Position numbers and translations under genes: made by a program. From an uncultured Acidimicrobiia bacterium (GTDB taxonomy: Bacteria > Actinomycetota > Acidimicrobiia > Spongiisociales > JAENVV01): DNA of 61,797 nucleotides. Under the pieces are notes generated by a model that was given only the letters and a program-made list of their open reading frames with translations, had not been told where the DNA came from and did not search any database. The stretch spans positions 1 to 61,797 of the forward strand of contig CAZTLW010000002.1 in the NCBI GenBank assembly GCA_964614585.1. The letters run 5' to 3'. Of the stretch, positions 1 to 8,515 are shown piece by piece; positions within the stretch are counted from its first letter, which is position 1, and each line of letters begins with the position of its first letter.

Positions 1-36
1 CCCTCCCACTCCGCTTCGCTCCGTGGGTCCCATCCC

Positions 37-224
37 CCCTCCGGGGGGATCTCCCCAAGAATCGGCCCGTCCGGGGCCGCTGTCGGGCCTGTCGCGCGAT
101 CCGACACCCTCCGGGGGAACTCCCAAGAAGATCAGCGGTCCCGGGGGAGGTGTCCGGACTGCCGCGCGCCGACACCCTGGCGGGGAGACCTCTCCTGGTT
201 CGGTCAACTCCCGCGCGCACTACC
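37..224. repeat. Tandem repeat, ~68-70 bp unit, about 2.7 copies (units start at 37, 107, 175)
   Basis: Read directly. Units 1 and 2 align end to end (CCCTCCGGGGG..CTCCC.AAGAA..GTCC.GGGG..TGTC.GG.CTG.CGCGCG..CCGACA). Unit 3 is shorter and diverged. It fills the non-coding stretch before ispH. Confidence 0.6.
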
Positions 225-251
225 GCTCCCCCACTCCCTACCCTTCCCGGC

Positions 252-1295
252 ATGCCCGTCGATCGAGTCCTCCTCGCCGAACCGCGGGGCTTCTGCGCCG
301 GGGTCGAGATGGCCATCAAGGCCCTGACCTGGATGGTCCGGGTCTTCGAACCACCGATCTACTGCTACCACGAGATCGTCCACAACCGCTGGGTCGTCGA
401 GGCGTTCGAGCGGGCCGGGGTGGTCTTCGTCGACGACATCTCCGAGGTGCCCGAGGGCGCCCCCGTCATGCTGTCGGCCCACGGGTCGGCGCCCGACGTC
501 GTGACCGGCGCCGGCGACCGGGCCTCGATGGTCGTCGACGCCGTCTGCCCCCTCGTCACCAAGGTGCACCACGAGGTCAAGCGGATGGCCGACAAGGGCT
601 TCGACATCATCTACATCGGCCACGAGGGCCATGACGAGGCCGTTGGCACGATCGCCGAGGCCCCGGACGCCATCACCCTGGTGGAGCCCGAGTGGGGCCT
701 CGACCGGTTCGATCCCGAGGACGAGACCAAGGTGGCACTGGTCGCCCAGACGACCCTCGGCGTCTACGAGTGGGAGGGCGTCTTCGACGCGGCGTCCGAA
801 CGGTTCCCAGACCTCTGGACGGCCCGGCGGAGCGACCTCTGCTACGCCACCACCAACCGCCAGGAGGCGGTGACGGCCCTCGCCGACGCGGCCGACCTCG
901 TGCTCGTCGTCGGCTCCGAATCGTCGTCCAACACGAGGGCCCTCGTGCGGGTGTCCCGGGAGCTCGGCACCCCGGCCCATCGGATCGACGCCGCCGAACG
1001 GATCGACCCAGCTTGGCTCGACGGCGTCTCCGTGGTGGGGATCACCGCCGGTGCCTCGGCCCCCGACCACCTCGTCGAGGAGGTCATCGATGCGCTCGCC
1101 CCTGCCGACGGCGTCACCCTCGTCAGCGTCACCGAAGAGGATGAGTACTTCCCGCTGCCGCCGGAGCTCCGACGGATGCTCGTCGTGCTCTCCGACCTCG
1201 TGCGGGCCGGGATCGGGGCCGGCCCCGGCAGGTCGGTCCTCGAGGACGACCGGGAGTTCACCGCCAGCGAGGCGCTGGAGGCCCTGACGAGCTAG
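252..1295 (+). CDS. ispH: 4-hydroxy-3-methylbut-2-enyl diphosphate reductase (IspH/LytB)
   Basis: The N-terminus MPVDRVLLAEPRGFCAGVEMAI is typical of IspH, and the whole length resembles IspH. ATG at 252 chosen inside ORF 150..1295. Confidence 0.92.
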   Translation: MPVDRVLLAEPRGFCAGVEMAIKALTWMVRVFEPPIYCYHEIVHNRWVVEAFERAGVVFVDDISEVPEGAPVMLSAHGSAPDVVTGAGDRASMVVDAVCPLVTKVHHEVKRMADKGFDIIYIGHEGHDEAVGTIAEAPDAITLVEPEWGLDRFDPEDETKVALVAQTTLGVYEWEGVFDAASERFPDLWTARRSDLCYATTNRQEAVTALADAADLVLVVGSESSSNTRALVRVSRELGTPAHRIDAAERIDPAWLDGVSVVGITAGASAPDHLVEEVIDALAPADGVTLVSVTEEDEYFPLPPELRRMLVVLSDLVRAGIGAGPGRSVLEDDREFTASEALEALTS

Positions 1296-3199
1296 CCGGC
1301 CCGTCCCCGGTGGTGGGCGACGATGGCCGCCACCACCTCGTCGATCGTGAGGTCGCTCGTGTCGAGGTGCCAGGCGTCGTCTGCCGGCCGGAGGGGCGAC
1401 GTGGCCCGGCCGGAGTCGTACTCGTCCCGGGCGCGGATGCGGGCCTCCTCCTCGACGGGGTCCGTGCCGAGTTCGGCCGCCCGGCGCGCCGCCCGCACCT
1501 CGGGGCCGGCATCGAGGTAGACCTTGGTGATGGCGCCGGGGAAGACCACGGTGCCGATGTCGCGGCCCTCCACCACCACCCCCACGCCCGACGAGGCCAC
1601 CCAGGCCCGTTGGGCGTCGACCATCCGCTCGCGCACCCCGGGGACCGCCGACACCGCCGAGACCCGTTCGGTCACCTCCGGGGTCCGGATCTCGGCCGAG
1701 ACGTCCTCCCCGTCGATGGCCATGACACCCTCGTCGTAGCTGAAGGTGTGGCCCCCCAGCTCGTCGGCCAGCGCCGGGCCCGGTGGGACCCCGGCCCGCA
1801 GCCCGACGAGGGTGGCTGCGCGGTAGAAGGCGCCGGTGTCGAGCCGGAGCCGGCCCAGGCGTTCGGCGACCGCAGTGGAGACGGTCGTCTTGCCCGTCCC
1901 GGCGGGGCCGTCGATCGCGACCACGTCGGCGACCGGCACGGCGATGTCGTCGAGCACCCCGAAGAAGCCCGGCCAGGTCTTGGCGACACACCCCGGGTCC
2001 TCGATCTCGATCCCCGGCACCACGAGGCCGAGCAGGGCGAAGGACATGGCGATGCGGTGGTCGTCATAGGTGTGCACGACCGTCCCGTGCAGCGGACCCG
2101 GTTCGATGCGCAGGTCATCGGGTCCCGCCGTCGCGCCGGCCCCGACCCGCCGCAGCTCCGTCTCGAGTGCGGCGAGGCGGTCGGTCTCCTTCACCCGGAG
2201 CGTGCCGAGGCCGGTGAAGCGGCTCGGCCCGGTAGCCATGGCGGCCGCGACGGCCAGCGCGAGCGCGCCGTCGGGACAGGCCGAGAGGTCCACGTCGCCG
2301 CCGCGCAGCGGGCGCCGACCCCGTACCCGGATGCCCGTGGCCTCGTCGACGACCTCGGCGCCCATCGACTCGAGCACCGCGAGCACCCCGAGGTCGGCCT
2401 GGAGACCGTCTCGGTGCAGGCCCTCCACCGCCACGTCACCGGCGGTGATGGCGGCGCCGACCCAGGGATAGACAGCCGCCGAGGCATCGGGCTCGACGGT
2501 GAGGTCTCGGGCCGTCGGCGCGCCGGCGCGCACGGTCCACCCGTCGTCTTGGGTCACGACGCCGACGCCCCACGCCTCGAGGACGGCGACGGTCTCCTCG
2601 AGGTACGGGCGGGACACGGCATCGGCGGCGATCCGGACCCGGACGTCGTCGGACGCGAAGGGCGCCGAGAGCAGGACCGCCGAGGCGAATTGGGACGACA
2701 CCGAGGCGTCGACGACCACCTCGCCGCCCGCCAGCGGTCCACGGACCGCCAACGGCGGGTACCCGGGTCCGCCGAGTTCGTCCACCTCGGCGCCGAGCGA
2801 CCGCAGCGCCGCCACCAGCGGGCCGATCGGACGTTCCCGCATCCGAGCCGTGCCGTCGATGGTCACCCAACCGTCACCGGTGGCGGCGAGAGCCGTCACG
2901 AAGCGCATCGTCGTGCCCGAGGCTCCGGCGGCGAGGGTGGCGTCGCCCCGGGGCGGGCCGCCCAGCCCGGTGACCGTGGCGACGTCCCCGTCGCGATGCA
3001 CGGTGGCACCGAGCGCCGCCACGGCGGCCACCATGCGAGCGACGTCGTCACCCGGGCCGAGTCCCGTGAGGACCGAGGTGCCCTCGGCGCCCGCCGCCAG
3101 GACGAGGTGGCGGTTCGAGGCCGACTTCGAGCCCGGTGGTCGGAGCCGCCCGCGCACGACCCGTCCCGGGGTGATCGCCAGGCGCCCGGGGTCGCTCAT
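1292..3199 (-). CDS. aroA-cmk: Bifunctional EPSP synthase (AroA) fused in frame to cytidylate kinase (Cmk)
   Basis: The N-terminal part carries PPGSKSASNRH and an AroA-like body ending ..KTWPGFFGVLDD. About 8 aa later come the Cmk P-loop VVAIDGPAGTGKTT and LDTGAFYRA. ATG at 3199 (MSDPGRL). There is no stop between the two modules. Confidence 0.85.
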   Translation of the reverse strand: MSDPGRLAITPGRVVRGRLRPPGSKSASNRHLVLAAGAEGTSVLTGLGPGDDVARMVAAVAALGATVHRDGDVATVTGLGGPPRGDATLAAGASGTTMRFVTALAATGDGWVTIDGTARMRERPIGPLVAALRSLGAEVDELGGPGYPPLAVRGPLAGGEVVVDASVSSQFASAVLLSAPFASDDVRVRIAADAVSRPYLEETVAVLEAWGVGVVTQDDGWTVRAGAPTARDLTVEPDASAAVYPWVGAAITAGDVAVEGLHRDGLQADLGVLAVLESMGAEVVDEATGIRVRGRRPLRGGDVDLSACPDGALALAVAAAMATGPSRFTGLGTLRVKETDRLAALETELRRVGAGATAGPDDLRIEPGPLHGTVVHTYDDHRIAMSFALLGLVVPGIEIEDPGCVAKTWPGFFGVLDDIAVPVADVVAIDGPAGTGKTTVSTAVAERLGRLRLDTGAFYRAATLVGLRAGVPPGPALADELGGHTFSYDEGVMAIDGEDVSAEIRTPEVTERVSAVSAVPGVRERMVDAQRAWVASSGVGVVVEGRDIGTVVFPGAITKVYLDAGPEVRAARRAAELGTDPVEEEARIRARDEYDSGRATSPLRPADDAWHLDTSDLTIDEVVAAIVAHHRGRAG

Positions 3200-3915
3200 C
3201 GACCGGCCACCTCGTACAGGGCCCGCACCTCGTCGAGGGCGAGGTGGCGCCACTCCCCCGCACGCAGCCCGGCGTCGTGGACCGGGCCGATCGCCGTCCG
3301 GAAGAGCTCGAGGACCGGGTGGCCGACGGCATCGAGCATCCGCCGCACCTCCCGGTTGCGCCCCTCGCCCATCACGACCTCGACGAGGGACCGGTCGCCG
3401 TGGACGTCGATGATCCGGGCGGAGACCGCCGCCGCCGGGCCGTCCTCCAGCACGACCCCGTCGACGAGGGACCGGGTCTCCCGGTCGATGACGCGACCCT
3501 CGACGAGCGCCCGGTAGGTCTTGGTGACCCCGTGGCGGGGATGGGTCAGCAGCTGGGTGAGATCCCCGTCGTTGGTGAGTACGAGCAGCCCGCCGGAGTC
3601 GAGGTCCAACCGGCCCACCGGGTGGACGGCCGGCTCGTCGGGGACGAGGTCGACCACCGTCGGCCGTCCCTGGGGGTCGTCGACCGTCGACACGACGCCG
3701 GTCGGCTTGTTGAGCAGGTAGTGGACGAGTCCGGGGCGCACCGGGAGCGGCACGCCGTCCACTTCGATGTGGGCCGTCTCGGCGTCGACCCGCATCCCCA
3801 CCTCGGCAGGCCGGCCGTCGACGGTGACCCGGCCCCGATCGATGAGGATCTCCGAGGCGCGGCGGGAGGCGATGCCGGTGCGGGCCATCACCTTGTGGAG
3901 TTTCTCAGTCGGCAT
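3196..3915 (-). CDS. rluB: Pseudouridine synthase, RsuA/RluB family (N-terminal S4 domain)
   Basis: MPTEKLHKVMARTGIASRRASEILI (S4 domain) plus the catalytic motif HPVGRLDLDSGGLLVLTNDG. ATG at 3915. ATGA overlap with the aroA-cmk start. Confidence 0.85.
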   Translation of the reverse strand: MPTEKLHKVMARTGIASRRASEILIDRGRVTVDGRPAEVGMRVDAETAHIEVDGVPLPVRPGLVHYLLNKPTGVVSTVDDPQGRPTVVDLVPDEPAVHPVGRLDLDSGGLLVLTNDGDLTQLLTHPRHGVTKTYRALVEGRVIDRETRSLVDGVVLEDGPAAAVSARIIDVHGDRSLVEVVMGEGRNREVRRMLDAVGHPVLELFRTAIGPVHDAGLRAGEWRHLALDEVRALYEVAGR

Positions 3916-4471
3916 CGCCGGTCCGGAACGTCTCCTCCAGGGTGTCGACGAGCTCGGCTGGTGGGACGTGGTCGGCCAGCGGTGGGAGGTCCTCGAGGGT
4001 CGCCACGTCGACGAGCTCCAGGAAGCGGTCGGTGGTGCCGTAGACGGCGGGGTGGCCGGGAAGGTCGAGGCGGGCCACCTCGGCGATGAGCCCGCGACGT
4101 TCGAGCGTGCGGAGGGCGGACTCGGAATCGACACCTCGCAGCTCGCTCACCTGGGCTCGCGAGACCGGCTGGCGATAGGCGACGACCGCCAACGCCTCGA
4201 GTGCGGCACCGGACAACCGCGCGGCGGTGGGACTGGTGGCGAACCGCTCCACCCACGGGAACTGCTCGGGGCGGGTGGCGAGCCGCCAGCCTCCGGCCAC
4301 CTCCCGAAGACAGAGGCCCGAGCCCCGGTCGTCGAGGTCGGCGGCGAGGCTCGCCAGCGACTCCGCGACCCGGTCGCGGGGCTCCTCGAGCACCTCGGCG
4401 AGCTCGCCGAGCGGCACCGGCGACTCGGCGACGAAGAGGATCGCCTCGATGGTCGGGCGGAGCTCGCTCAC
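3905..4471 (-). CDS. scpB: Segregation and condensation protein B
   Basis: IEAILFVAESPV..LSGAALEALAVVAYRQPVSRAQVSELRGVDS is ScpB-like. GTG at 4471 overlaps the scpA stop (GTGA). Confidence 0.85.
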   Translation of the reverse strand: MSELRPTIEAILFVAESPVPLGELAEVLEEPRDRVAESLASLAADLDDRGSGLCLREVAGGWRLATRPEQFPWVERFATSPTAARLSGAALEALAVVAYRQPVSRAQVSELRGVDSESALRTLERRGLIAEVARLDLPGHPAVYGTTDRFLELVDVATLEDLPPLADHVPPAELVDTLEETFRTGDAD

Positions 4472-5208
4472 GCCGGCTCCCCGTCGGGCACATGGCGGAT
4501 CATGATCTCGTCGTCCCACGTCGGCTGGTGCAGCTCGAGCATGCCCCATCGGGCCAGCTCGAGGAGGGCGAGGAAGTAGGCCACCACCTCCACCTTGCGG
4601 GAACATCGCGCGACCACGTCCGAGAACGTCGTCTCGGCGGCCTCCTCCACGCGCCGGCGCAGATCCTCCATGGCGACCTCCACGGACGGGAGGTCGAGAT
4701 CGAGGTGGTCGAGGTCGGGATCCCGCGGTCGGTCGATCACCCGACGGGCGATGGCGGCCAGCCCGGCGGCGTCCGTGCCGAGGCGCACCTCCACCGGCCG
4801 ATCGGCGGCGATCTCGTCGGTGATGCCGAGGGTCCGGGTGGCGTGACGGGCGCCGTCTCGGATCCGGATCGCCAGCACGGCGGCCACGTCCTTGAAGGTC
4901 ACGCAGGCGAGCAGCCGACCGAGCAGTCGGTCCCGCTCCTCCATCAATGCCAACTCCTCGTCGAGGTCGAGCTCGACGTCGTCGGGCAGCAGTCGACGCG
5001 CCTTCAGCTGGATGAGCGTGGCGGCGATGAGCAGGAACTCCGACGTCACCTCGAGGTCGAGTGCCGCCATGGCATCGAGATGGGCGAGGTACTCGGTGAC
5101 GACGTCGGCGAGGTCGACCTCGGCGACGTCGACCTGGGAGCGGGTGATGAGTTGGAGGAGCAGGTCGAGCGGTCCCTCGAAGACCGCGGTCCTCACCTCA
5201 TACGCCAT
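4468..5208 (-). CDS. scpA: Segregation and condensation protein A
   Basis: The N-terminus FEGPLDLLLQLITRSQVDVAEVDLADVVTEYL is ScpA-like. Sits upstream of scpB. Confidence 0.88.
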   Translation of the reverse strand: MAYEVRTAVFEGPLDLLLQLITRSQVDVAEVDLADVVTEYLAHLDAMAALDLEVTSEFLLIAATLIQLKARRLLPDDVELDLDEELALMEERDRLLGRLLACVTFKDVAAVLAIRIRDGARHATRTLGITDEIAADRPVEVRLGTDAAGLAAIARRVIDRPRDPDLDHLDLDLPSVEVAMEDLRRRVEEAAETTFSDVVARCSRKVEVVAYFLALLELARWGMLELHQPTWDDEIMIRHVPDGEPA

Positions 5209-5214
5209 CGTCCC

Positions 5215-5718
5215 TCACGTCACCTGGTCGGCCTGTTTCAGCAATGCCCATTCGTCGGCCGGGATCGTCGCCGGCCGGGGCCCGTGGTGGGCGGCGGTGA
5301 ACTCGACGACCAGCCGCTCGGCCCCGGTCGCCGCCAACTCCTCGGCCCCGACGGGTCCGTGGCGAGTGTATCGGTCGAACGCCGCCGGACCGCGGATGCC
5401 CAGCCCGCGACTGCTCAGCCCAGCCGCGACCGTGGCGAACGACCGCCCGATCGCGCCGAGGCGGGCATGTCGCTTGCCGATGTCATGCAGCAGGGCGGCT
5501 CGGACGAGATCGGGTCGATCGCCCACCCGCGCCGCCACGTGTCGGGCACAGTCATGGGCGTGGCGCTGGTCGGCGATCGGTTGGGACCAGAACGGAGCCA
5601 CCTCGTCGTCGCGGAGTCGGGCCGCCACCCACCGTTGTTCGCCGGCGTCGAGCCCGCGAGCGGTCAGGAAGGAGGCGAAGCGCCGGGTGAGATGGCCGGG
5701 AGGGCCGGCGAGGGACAC
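5215..5718 (-). CDS. HD-domain metal-dependent phosphohydrolase family protein
   Basis: H..HD signature (RHAHDCARH .. AALLHDIGK). GTG start. Confidence 0.65.
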   Translation of the reverse strand: MSLAGPPGHLTRRFASFLTARGLDAGEQRWVAARLRDDEVAPFWSQPIADQRHAHDCARHVAARVGDRPDLVRAALLHDIGKRHARLGAIGRSFATVAAGLSSRGLGIRGPAAFDRYTRHGPVGAEELAATGAERLVVEFTAAHHGPRPATIPADEWALLKQADQVT

Positions 5719-5727
5719 GACGGCAGG

Positions 5728-6075
5728 CTAGGCCTCGGCCCGCTTGCAGTCGATGCACACGACCGAGATGGGCCGGAACTCGAGGCGCTCCTCGGAGATC
5801 GGGTTCCCACATCGCTCGCACGTCCCGTAGGTCCCCTCCTCGAGGCGGGCGAGGGCGTGGCGGACCGCGGCGAGCTCCTCGGCGTTCTTGCCTGCCAACT
5901 GGAGGATCTCCCGGCGGCTGGCGGTGTCGGCGGCGGCATCGGAGAACCCGTGCTGGAAGCTCTCCGAGTCCCGGATCTCGCCGTCCTCGGTGGCACCGAG
6001 GTCAGCCAGCACGTCGAGCAGCTTGGACTGCTCGTCGGTGAGCGCGCGCTTGATGGCTTCGAGGTCGAGCGGCAT
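5728..6075 (-). CDS. TraR/DksA-family C4 zinc-finger protein
   Basis: C-terminal CERCGNPISEERLEFRPISVVCIDC (CxxC-N17-CxxC) follows a coiled-coil region. Confidence 0.75.
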   Translation of the reverse strand: MPLDLEAIKRALTDEQSKLLDVLADLGATEDGEIRDSESFQHGFSDAAADTASRREILQLAGKNAEELAAVRHALARLEEGTYGTCERCGNPISEERLEFRPISVVCIDCKRAEA

Positions 6076-6133
6076 GGGCCGGTTCTCCTGGGGTTCCCTG
6101 GGGGATCACCTCCACGATACCGGGGTGGAGGCC

Positions 6134-6688
6134 CTACTCCCCGTCGATCGGGGTGGTCCGACGCAGCCGCTCGGCGGCGGCGAGCAGGGCGGCGGTGGTC
6201 TTCAGGTCGGGTATCCGACCCGACGCGGCCATGTCCGCGGCCTCGGCGAGGGGCAGGCGCACCACGGTGGCGTCCCGCTCCTCGGGACCGTCCGGCCGAC
6301 GCTCCGTGGCGGTCAGTCCATCGGCCACGAAGACGGCCATCGTCTCGTCCGAGATGCCCGGCGACGCATGCCAGTTCCCGAGGGCAACGAGCCTGCCCGG
6401 CCGGTGGCCGACCTCCTCCTCGCACTCCCGGGCGGCGGCGGCCTCGGCGGCTTCACCGGGCTCGCGCAGACCGGCCGGGGCCTCGAGCAACTCGGTCCCG
6501 ACCGACTCCCGCCACTGCCGGAGCAGGAGCACGTCGTCGTCGACGACCGGCACGATGACGACCGATCCGGGGTGATGGAGGCGATCCCGCACGATCGGCC
6601 CGTCGACGCCCATCAGATGGTGGCGGACGAGCCGGACGTAGGCGCCGCTCCCGGCGAGCACCCAGCCGAGCCGCCGCCGATCGGTCAC
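6134..6688 (-). CDS. NUDIX hydrolase (ADP-ribose pyrophosphatase-like)
   Basis: NUDIX box [27 protein letters not shown] at 6688 overlaps the pyrG stop (GTGA). Same position as Rv1700 next to pyrG. The start is less certain; an ATG (MGVDG) lies downstream. Confidence 0.75.
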   Translation of the reverse strand: MTDRRRLGWVLAGSGAYVRLVRHHLMGVDGPIVRDRLHHPGSVVIVPVVDDDVLLLRQWRESVGTELLEAPAGLREPGEAAEAAAARECEEEVGHRPGRLVALGNWHASPGISDETMAVFVADGLTATERRPDGPEERDATVVRLPLAEAADMAASGRIPDLKTTAALLAAAERLRRTTPIDGE

Positions 6689-8337
6689 GTGGGGACGTCG
6701 ACGACGTCGTCGGCCGGCTCGGCGACCGCCACGGGCTGCCGGGCGTGCTCGACGGCGGCCGCCACGAGGCCCACGAACAGCGGGTGGGGAGCGTCGGGTC
6801 GGCTCGTCAGCTCGGGATGGAACTGGGAGGCCACGAAGAACGGGTGCCCCGGCAACTCGATCATCTCGACCAGCCGCCGGTCGGGGCTGAGGCCACCGAA
6901 ACGCAGCCCGGCCTCCTCCAGCCTGGTCCGGTAGCGATTGTTGACCTCCCACCGATGGCGGTGGCGTTCGTAGACGACCTCGTCGGTGTAGAGGGAGCGG
7001 GCGAGGCTGCCATCCTCGAGGCGGCACGGATACAGCCCCAGCCGCATGGTCCCACCGAGGTCCTCGATGTCCTCCTGCTCCTCCATGAGGGCCACCACGG
7101 GGTGGGGGCCGGTGGGGTCGAACTCGGTCGAGTTGGCGCCTCCGAGGTCGGCCACGTTCCGGGCGAACTCGATGACGGCGGCCTGGAGGCCCAGGCAGAG
7201 CCCGAGGAAGGGGATGCCCTGCTCGCGGGCGTGGCGGATGGCGGCGATCTTGCCCTCGACGCCGCGGACTCCGAACCCGCCGGGGACCACCATCGCGTCG
7301 AGGCCCTCGAGGTAGCCGTCGGCGAGGAGGCCGGTCAGGTCCTCGGAGGGGATCCAACGGAGGTCGAGGCGCACGTCGTTCGCCATCGCCCCGTGCTTCA
7401 GTGCCTCCACGACCGACAGGTAGGCATCGGGCAGGTCGACGTACTTGCCGACGACGCCGATGGTCACCTCGCCGGTCGCCGCCCGCATCCGATCGACCAT
7501 GGCCTCCCAGTCGGCGATGTTCGCCTCGGGCGTCTCGAGGCGAAGCCGGTCGCAGACGACCCGGTCGAGGCCGGCGTCGCGCATCATGAGCGGGACCTCG
7601 TAGATGTCGTCGGCGTCGGTGGCGTTGATGACCGCGGTGGCAGGCACGTCGCAGAAGAGCGAGATCTTGCGTCGGACCGACTCGTCGATGGGCCGGTCGG
7701 AGCGCACCACGATGACATCGGGGTGGATGCCGCGGGACCGGAGCTCGGCCACCGAGTGCTGGGTCGGCTTCGACTTCAGCTCCTCGGAGCTCGAGATGTA
7801 GGGGACGAGCGTGACGTGGATGTAGCAGACGTGGTCGCGACCGACGTCGTTGCCGAACTGGCGGATGGCCTCGAGGAAGGGCAGGCCCTCGATGTCGCCG
7901 ACGGTGCCACCGATCTCGCTGATGACGACGTCGACGTCGTCGCGTTCACCCATCCGGCGGATGCGACCCTTGATCTCGTTGGTGATGTGGGGGATCACCT
8001 GGACGGTGGCGCCGAGGTAGTCGCCACGGCGCTCCTTGGCGATCACCGACTGGTACACGGCGCCCGCCGACACGCTGGCGTCCTTGCGGAGGTTGACGCC
8101 GGTGAACCGCTCGTAGTGGCCCAGGTCGAGGTCCGTCTCACCGCCGTCGTCGGTGACGAACACCTCCCCGTGCTGGAACGGGTTCATGGTCCCGGGGTCG
8201 ACGTTGATGTACGGGTCGAGCTTCTGGTTCACGACCTGGAGGCCACGGCCCTTCAACAGCCGACCGAGCGACGCGGCGGTGATGCCCTTGCCCAGGCTCG
8301 AGACCACCCCACCCGTCACGAAGATGTAGTTCGTCAC
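6685..8337 (-). CDS. pyrG: CTP synthase
   Basis: [24 protein letters not shown] and the GATase Cys context [10 protein letters not shown]. Full length 550 aa. GTG start. Confidence 0.97.
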   Translation of the reverse strand: MTNYIFVTGGVVSSLGKGITAASLGRLLKGRGLQVVNQKLDPYINVDPGTMNPFQHGEVFVTDDGGETDLDLGHYERFTGVNLRKDASVSAGAVYQSVIAKERRGDYLGATVQVIPHITNEIKGRIRRMGERDDVDVVISEIGGTVGDIEGLPFLEAIRQFGNDVGRDHVCYIHVTLVPYISSSEELKSKPTQHSVAELRSRGIHPDVIVVRSDRPIDESVRRKISLFCDVPATAVINATDADDIYEVPLMMRDAGLDRVVCDRLRLETPEANIADWEAMVDRMRAATGEVTIGVVGKYVDLPDAYLSVVEALKHGAMANDVRLDLRWIPSEDLTGLLADGYLEGLDAMVVPGGFGVRGVEGKIAAIRHAREQGIPFLGLCLGLQAAVIEFARNVADLGGANSTEFDPTGPHPVVALMEEQEDIEDLGGTMRLGLYPCRLEDGSLARSLYTDEVVYERHRHRWEVNNRYRTRLEEAGLRFGGLSPDRRLVEMIELPGHPFFVASQFHPELTSRPDAPHPLFVGLVAAAVEHARQPVAVAEPADDVVDVPT

Positions 8338-8351
8338 GGAATTCCAATGTA

Positions 8352-8380
8352 GCAGTCGGCGGCCCGCGGCCGCCGACTGC
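8352..8380. promoter_or_regulatory. Perfect 13-bp stem / 3-nt loop GC hairpin, 14 nt upstream of the pyrG start
   Basis: GCAGTCGGCGGCC-cgc-GGCCGCCGACTGC read directly. Abuts heptamer array 1. Confidence 0.5.
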
Positions 8381-8381
8381 G

Positions 8382-8416
8382 GTACTCAGTACTCAGTACT
8401 CAGTACTCAGTACCGA
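8382..8416. repeat. Heptamer tandem array 1: (GTACTCA)x4 + GTACCGA
   Basis: Read directly. AT-rich relative to surroundings. Intergenic between pyrG and the acyl-CoA synthetase. Confidence 0.9.
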
Positions 8417-8470
8417 GACAGGAGTGGGAACGCTTCGAGCCAGCCGCTGCCGCCAGGTTCCTGATACCCG

Positions 8471-8498
8471 GTACTCAGTACTCGGTACTTGGTACTGC
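8471..8498. repeat. Heptamer tandem array 2: GTACTCA GTACTCG GTACTTG GTACTGC
   Basis: Read directly. Same orientation as array 1, 54 nt away. Abuts hairpin 8497..8515. Confidence 0.9.
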
Positions 8499-8515
8499 GC
8501 CGGCGAAGCCGGCGC
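8497..8515 (-). terminator. GC hairpin at the stop codon of the acyl-CoA synthetase gene (candidate terminator)
   Basis: GCGCCGGC-gaa-GCCGGCGC. On the minus strand it is followed by the A/T-richer heptamer array rather than a clean U-tract. Confidence 0.4.

Noticed and set aside
23-634. 203-aa ORF starting in the region upstream of ispH
   Set aside because: Its N-terminal part is simply the translation of the ~70-bp tandem repeat (repetitive PGG/SG peptides). It then runs out of frame across ispH.
4201-6558. 785-aa plus-strand ORF spanning the scpB-scpA-HD-DksA-NUDIX region
   Set aside because: It lies antisense to five well-supported minus-strand genes. The translation is Arg/Gly/Pro/Ala-rich low complexity with no motifs. 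It is a typical shadow ORF of a very GC-rich genome, where stop codons are rare.
8382-8498. Possibility that the heptamer arrays are a CRISPR array
   Set aside because: The repeat unit is only 7 bp with no spacers between units. The single 54-nt intervening segment and the absence of cas genes are incompatible with CRISPR.
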